Program-made: the position numbers and the translations under genes
Part shown: one piece after another, positions 60,163 to 64,000 of the stretch
How the letters are laid out: each line of letters begins with the position of its first letter
How positions within the stretch are numbered: position 1 is the first letter of the stretch
The notes under the pieces: model-generated
What the model saw: only the letters and a program-made list of their open reading frames with translations
Database searches by the model: none
What the model was told of the DNA's origin: nothing
Assembly (NCBI GenBank): GCA_973895155.1
Contig: OZ316891.1
Location: 24,303,899 to 24,367,898, forward strand
Direction: 5' to 3'
Length of the DNA stretch: 64,000 nt
Source of the DNA: Marsupella aquatica
Taxonomy: Eukaryota > Plantae > Marchantiophyta

Positions 60163-63100
60163 TTACTCCAGGTCGAATTCATCCTTCTCGTCTGAAGGTC
60201 CTCCCTGATCATCTCCTGGGATGGTGAACTCATCATCCGACCCTTCATCATTGGGATCATTGTTTTTCGGGTCTGCGGCCCCTTTCAACTTCTGGGCATG
60301 TCTATCCAACACATTTGCCAAAGTTTTTTGCACACACAGATGAAGAATGTCTCGATCTTCAACACCCACAACAAATCTCCCAGCGTATTCCCCAGCGGCA
60401 AAAGCACTTCCATCTCCAACAGTCCAGTCAATGACAATGTCCTTTGGCAAAGTAAGGATCTCCATTACGGCTTGCATGAACCCAACTGACAATCTATTGG
60501 AACCTGCGAAAGCCGCCTTGGGACTGGGATCAGTTTTTGGGTAGCAAACACTCAACATTGATTTATAGCGGGCATCCTCCGAGGAAGTCATTGGAACATA
60601 TCCTGTATGTTTCGGGACTTTTGCCGAGAATTCCACCTTGCAGAAGACATCCATAATGAGAGTAACCACCTGAATTGAAAATGAGAATATGTAAGAAATG
60701 GGCACTTTTGGTAGCGAGCTCGCTAGAAATTGCACAAAAACTATTGAGGATATCTTACCTCGATGTCCATATTTGCCTGATACAAAGGAGATGAAAGCAA
60801 AACCGAATACTGTCGGACATGTTTAAATTTGTTCTTCTGCTCGACGGCAGAAAACATTTGCCTCATATGGTTATAGTCAGAGTTGTGAAGAACTGCGACA
60901 TAACCATCGTCGGCAAGCATCGGACGCATGACTCCAAAGAAATAATATGGTAATTTCTCACTCCAAACATTCCACTTCGGGACCTCCCGGTCTGTGACGC
61001 TCGTTCGATGACCCGTGGGAAGGAATATGAAACCCAAGTGAGCACCAATTCCAGCGTAATGTTTTCCGCTGATCATCACAGAGTTTGGGTGTTTGCTCGA
61101 TTTGCTCATTCCAGACAACCACTAATCCGCATCGCCCATCCAGGGAGGTCTTACTTTCCTCTGGCTAATTGAGTTTGCAGTTTCCATGAGATTGCTCTTT
61201 GCCAAGAAATGCCTCTCACCGTCCTTCTCAAGACCACACATTTGTGCTACTCCTTGCGCGACGCATGCTTCCTCCTCATTCAAGTTGGAGAGAATTTGGA
61301 CATTGCGCTTCCTCTTTAAACGCTTGATTGAACCCAGGTCCACAACAGATTTTGTTGTGACCTCAACATTAGGAGACTTGGGTTCTTCTCCATCATCCGC
61401 CCCACTCTTCAAACTCCCAGAGGCTGCAGCCTTTCTCTTCTCTAAAAAACATGTTAATGTCAGACAGGTGACTGAGACAAAATTACTCCGAATGAGGTAT
61501 GAAAAAAAGAGGAGAAAAAGACTTACTTTGCTTCCCAGACAAGACTGATCCATCCTTGGACGGGTCCTTCACCGGCACCTTCCAAGGTCTCCTCGATCTA
61601 CTCCGATCGACAATGGCAGCTACACCAAGAACAACTTTCTCCATTGCCTCACATCCGCCAGCCTCGGCTTCTGCAGGAGCTAATTTGGACTCTGTAATGT
61701 ACGACTCTGGTATCAAGCCTCGATTTATCATATGAAATGTTGCCTTCTCTGCTGTGTCAAATGTCACTGCCCATTTGTCTGATTCTAAATACCATGGACA
61801 GTGAAGGACTTCCCACTCACTCATCTTCCTTGGAGCCTCCACTCCCTCATATGGGTACATTGAGTACTCTCCATATTTAACGGAGGTTGGATCCTCTTTC
61901 ACTCCTGCTATCCAAGGCGAGAAGCAAGCAGGATAGGACCACCAATATGTTTTGTCAACAACTTCTTTATCCACAAAAAAACGATATGTATATCTCTTCG
62001 CCCTCCTCCAAAAAAGTGAGATGTCAATCTTCTCACCCGACTTTGGTGGCCAAATCTGTGTGAAAAAACGAGATTTCACTCTCATTTGGAAATCTTCAAA
62101 GTCCTCCTCTATGTCAAGGATCAGCGATGGCTTTGTCTTCTCAAAGGAAGTAAGGATCCTTGCATCTGGAACAGTTGGGATCATCTCTGAAATAATCTCA
62201 GACATGAGCGAAGAACAAATTGACTCAACCTGCTTCCATACAGCCCATCGGTGAAGCCAAAGTTTTGTTTCGCTGTCCGAGAATTGACCAGGGTGGAAGT
62301 ACTTCTTGCGAAGCTCAGGTCTGCATTGTGCCTCGAGGAGTACACATCTGAGCTGCAGAGTCAACGATGAGACACCCGTAAATAGCCTCGCACGATCGAG
62401 ACCACATGACACATTACCCCTTCCTTTATCGTCTGTTCGTTGGGCCTCCTTCCTCTCATGTTTGCAATAGTTGTGCATCTCAACACACTTCTGGAAAAAG
62501 TCACCAAACTCAGGATTCAGGAGAGGTCGAATCTTTGGCACCTTCACATTCCAATCTGCTAGTTGCTCCTTCATCATGTCTTTCACTGCCATGTCTTGCG
62601 CAGCTTTTGAAAGAGGTTCTCCTTGCGCTTCTTTCAATTGGAACTTCTTCTTCAAATCTTCCGTCTACGCTGCAATATTAGCAGCAGACAAAATGTACGT
62701 GCAGGCATCGAGTGTCATGTTCTTCGAATACCAAGCCGGTTTCCTGATATTTGCCATCTTCTGCTGGAAAAGTTTGTAGTTGTCTGCATCGATGATATCT
62801 TTGTATACAGAAAGGTCATTACTGAGCACCTTCTAGACTCTCTTTGCTTGAAGGACCCAAGAATTCTCAACGTGACATTGAGTCAACCTGAACAAAAGAA
62901 ACAGGTCAGCGAGATCGCTAACAAGAGGAACTGAAAGAATTTTATATACAATTTAGAGCTTGAAGGAAAAGAAACAAACCTATTCAGCGCATGCATCGCC
63001 GACTCAATCTGAACGAATGAGTTCTTGTCACCCTTGAAAATTTGGCAAACAACTCGAGGATGATATTTGACATCATGGGGATTCTCGTCCGCAAGCTGCA

Positions 63101-63737
63101 TCCATGAGTACAGACGATGATTTCCATCGAAAACACAGAACATTTTGTCTTTCAAAATTTTGAAAGCTTCGTGAGAATCACATTCCCTCTCGAATTCTTC
63201 ATTTTGAAGAATCCACATGTCATCCCACGACTCCCGAATCACATCCTCGCACATCTGGACAAGGCCATCCTTGCCGGTCATTTGGACGTAAAATCGAGGC
63301 GCATCTTTGATGTATCCCTGCGTCCGGAATTCATTCTTGAGTGTCTCGATTGCAATCGAGTTTGTTTGCAAGGACCGAACGATCTGCATGTTTCGCATAC
63401 TGCAAAGGGGAATCCTTGGAGGAGCGAGGGGGAATCCAAATTTGTCATTTCCAAAAGGGAAAAGATGGCGATTGATGACAACATAATAGGGTTCTGAAGC
63501 TCCAAGTTGAAACGTAGGATTCACAACATCTACTTGGTTCACCATCTTGGGCCTCCTTGGTGTTTTCAATCCCGCCTGGAGCGCCTTCTTGTTCACTGTA
63601 GACCTTGTCTCCCTTCGGCTTGACTTGACTGACTTGAACGATCCTATTGATGACAAGCTCTTGGGTGAAGACAATGGCTCCATCAGCGGGTCCGTGAAGT
63701 GATAAGGGTATGAACAGGTCAAGGTCGAGGGCGACAC
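60163..63737 (-). pseudogene. Multi-exon ParB-like plus N4/N6 DNA-methyltransferase-like gene with a few stops
   Basis: FCVFDGNHRLYSW (ParB/Srx-like). Intron at about 62980-62888. Two TAG stops in exon 2. The C-terminus LSVGFMQAVMEILTLPKDIVIDWTVGDGSAFAAGEYAGRFVVGVED resembles the beta-class MTase motif X-I-II region. Confidence 0.6.
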
Positions 63738-64000
63738 GCTTTGCGAATGTAAAGAAACCCAAGAATTGATCTTCCAGTCAAAGACAGAATCGTACCCTCG
63801 TCTATTGCTTTCACCTGAATGCAGCGCCCGGTCGTGAAAAGAGATACAGATATTCTGTATGACTCTCCTCGCAATCTTTTTTCAGACACCGTCAGGTATA
63901 CATGTACTTCTGGAAATACGAACCACCGAACTCACGACTAAAAGAAAAGTATCTATTGGCAAAGAGATAGGTGTTCGGTACTGTACCGTACCGTTGACAT

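Overview
Eukaryotic, almost certainly plant, transposon-rich DNA. A non-seed plant is my inference. There are no recognisable intact host genes, and many stops are CGA>TGA or CAG>TAG, as expected from deamination of methylated CG/CHG. (1) 801-14460 (-): a non-chromoviral, Athila-like Ty3/Gypsy element in a 12,197-bp head-to-tail duplication. Its true LTR is about 3.5 kb (PPT then TGTG...TACA then PBS) and contains a complete protein-coding gene. (2) 15.4-23.1 kb (+): a cluster of AACCATGGTT palindromes, then a degraded intron-containing ParB-like gene, a repeat-rich ORF and an FCP1-like fragment. (3) 26.9-58.1 kb: a five-level nest, with each level bounded by a visible TSD. The order is a ~290-bp MITE, a Bianca-type Copia, a deleted Gypsy with 4.4-kb LTRs, a divergent 4.6-kb solo LTR, and two more solo LTRs, one still encoding an intact 1131-aa protein. 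Two further MITEs sit inside the nest. (4) 60.1-63.7 kb (-): a second ParB-like gene fused to a beta-class N4/N6 DNA-methyltransferase-like fold. The best candidates for new biology are Gypsy LTRs that carry their own large gene and survive as self-nesting solo LTRs, and spliced eukaryotic ParB/MTase-like genes with parS-like palindromes. All calls are by eye, with no database searches.
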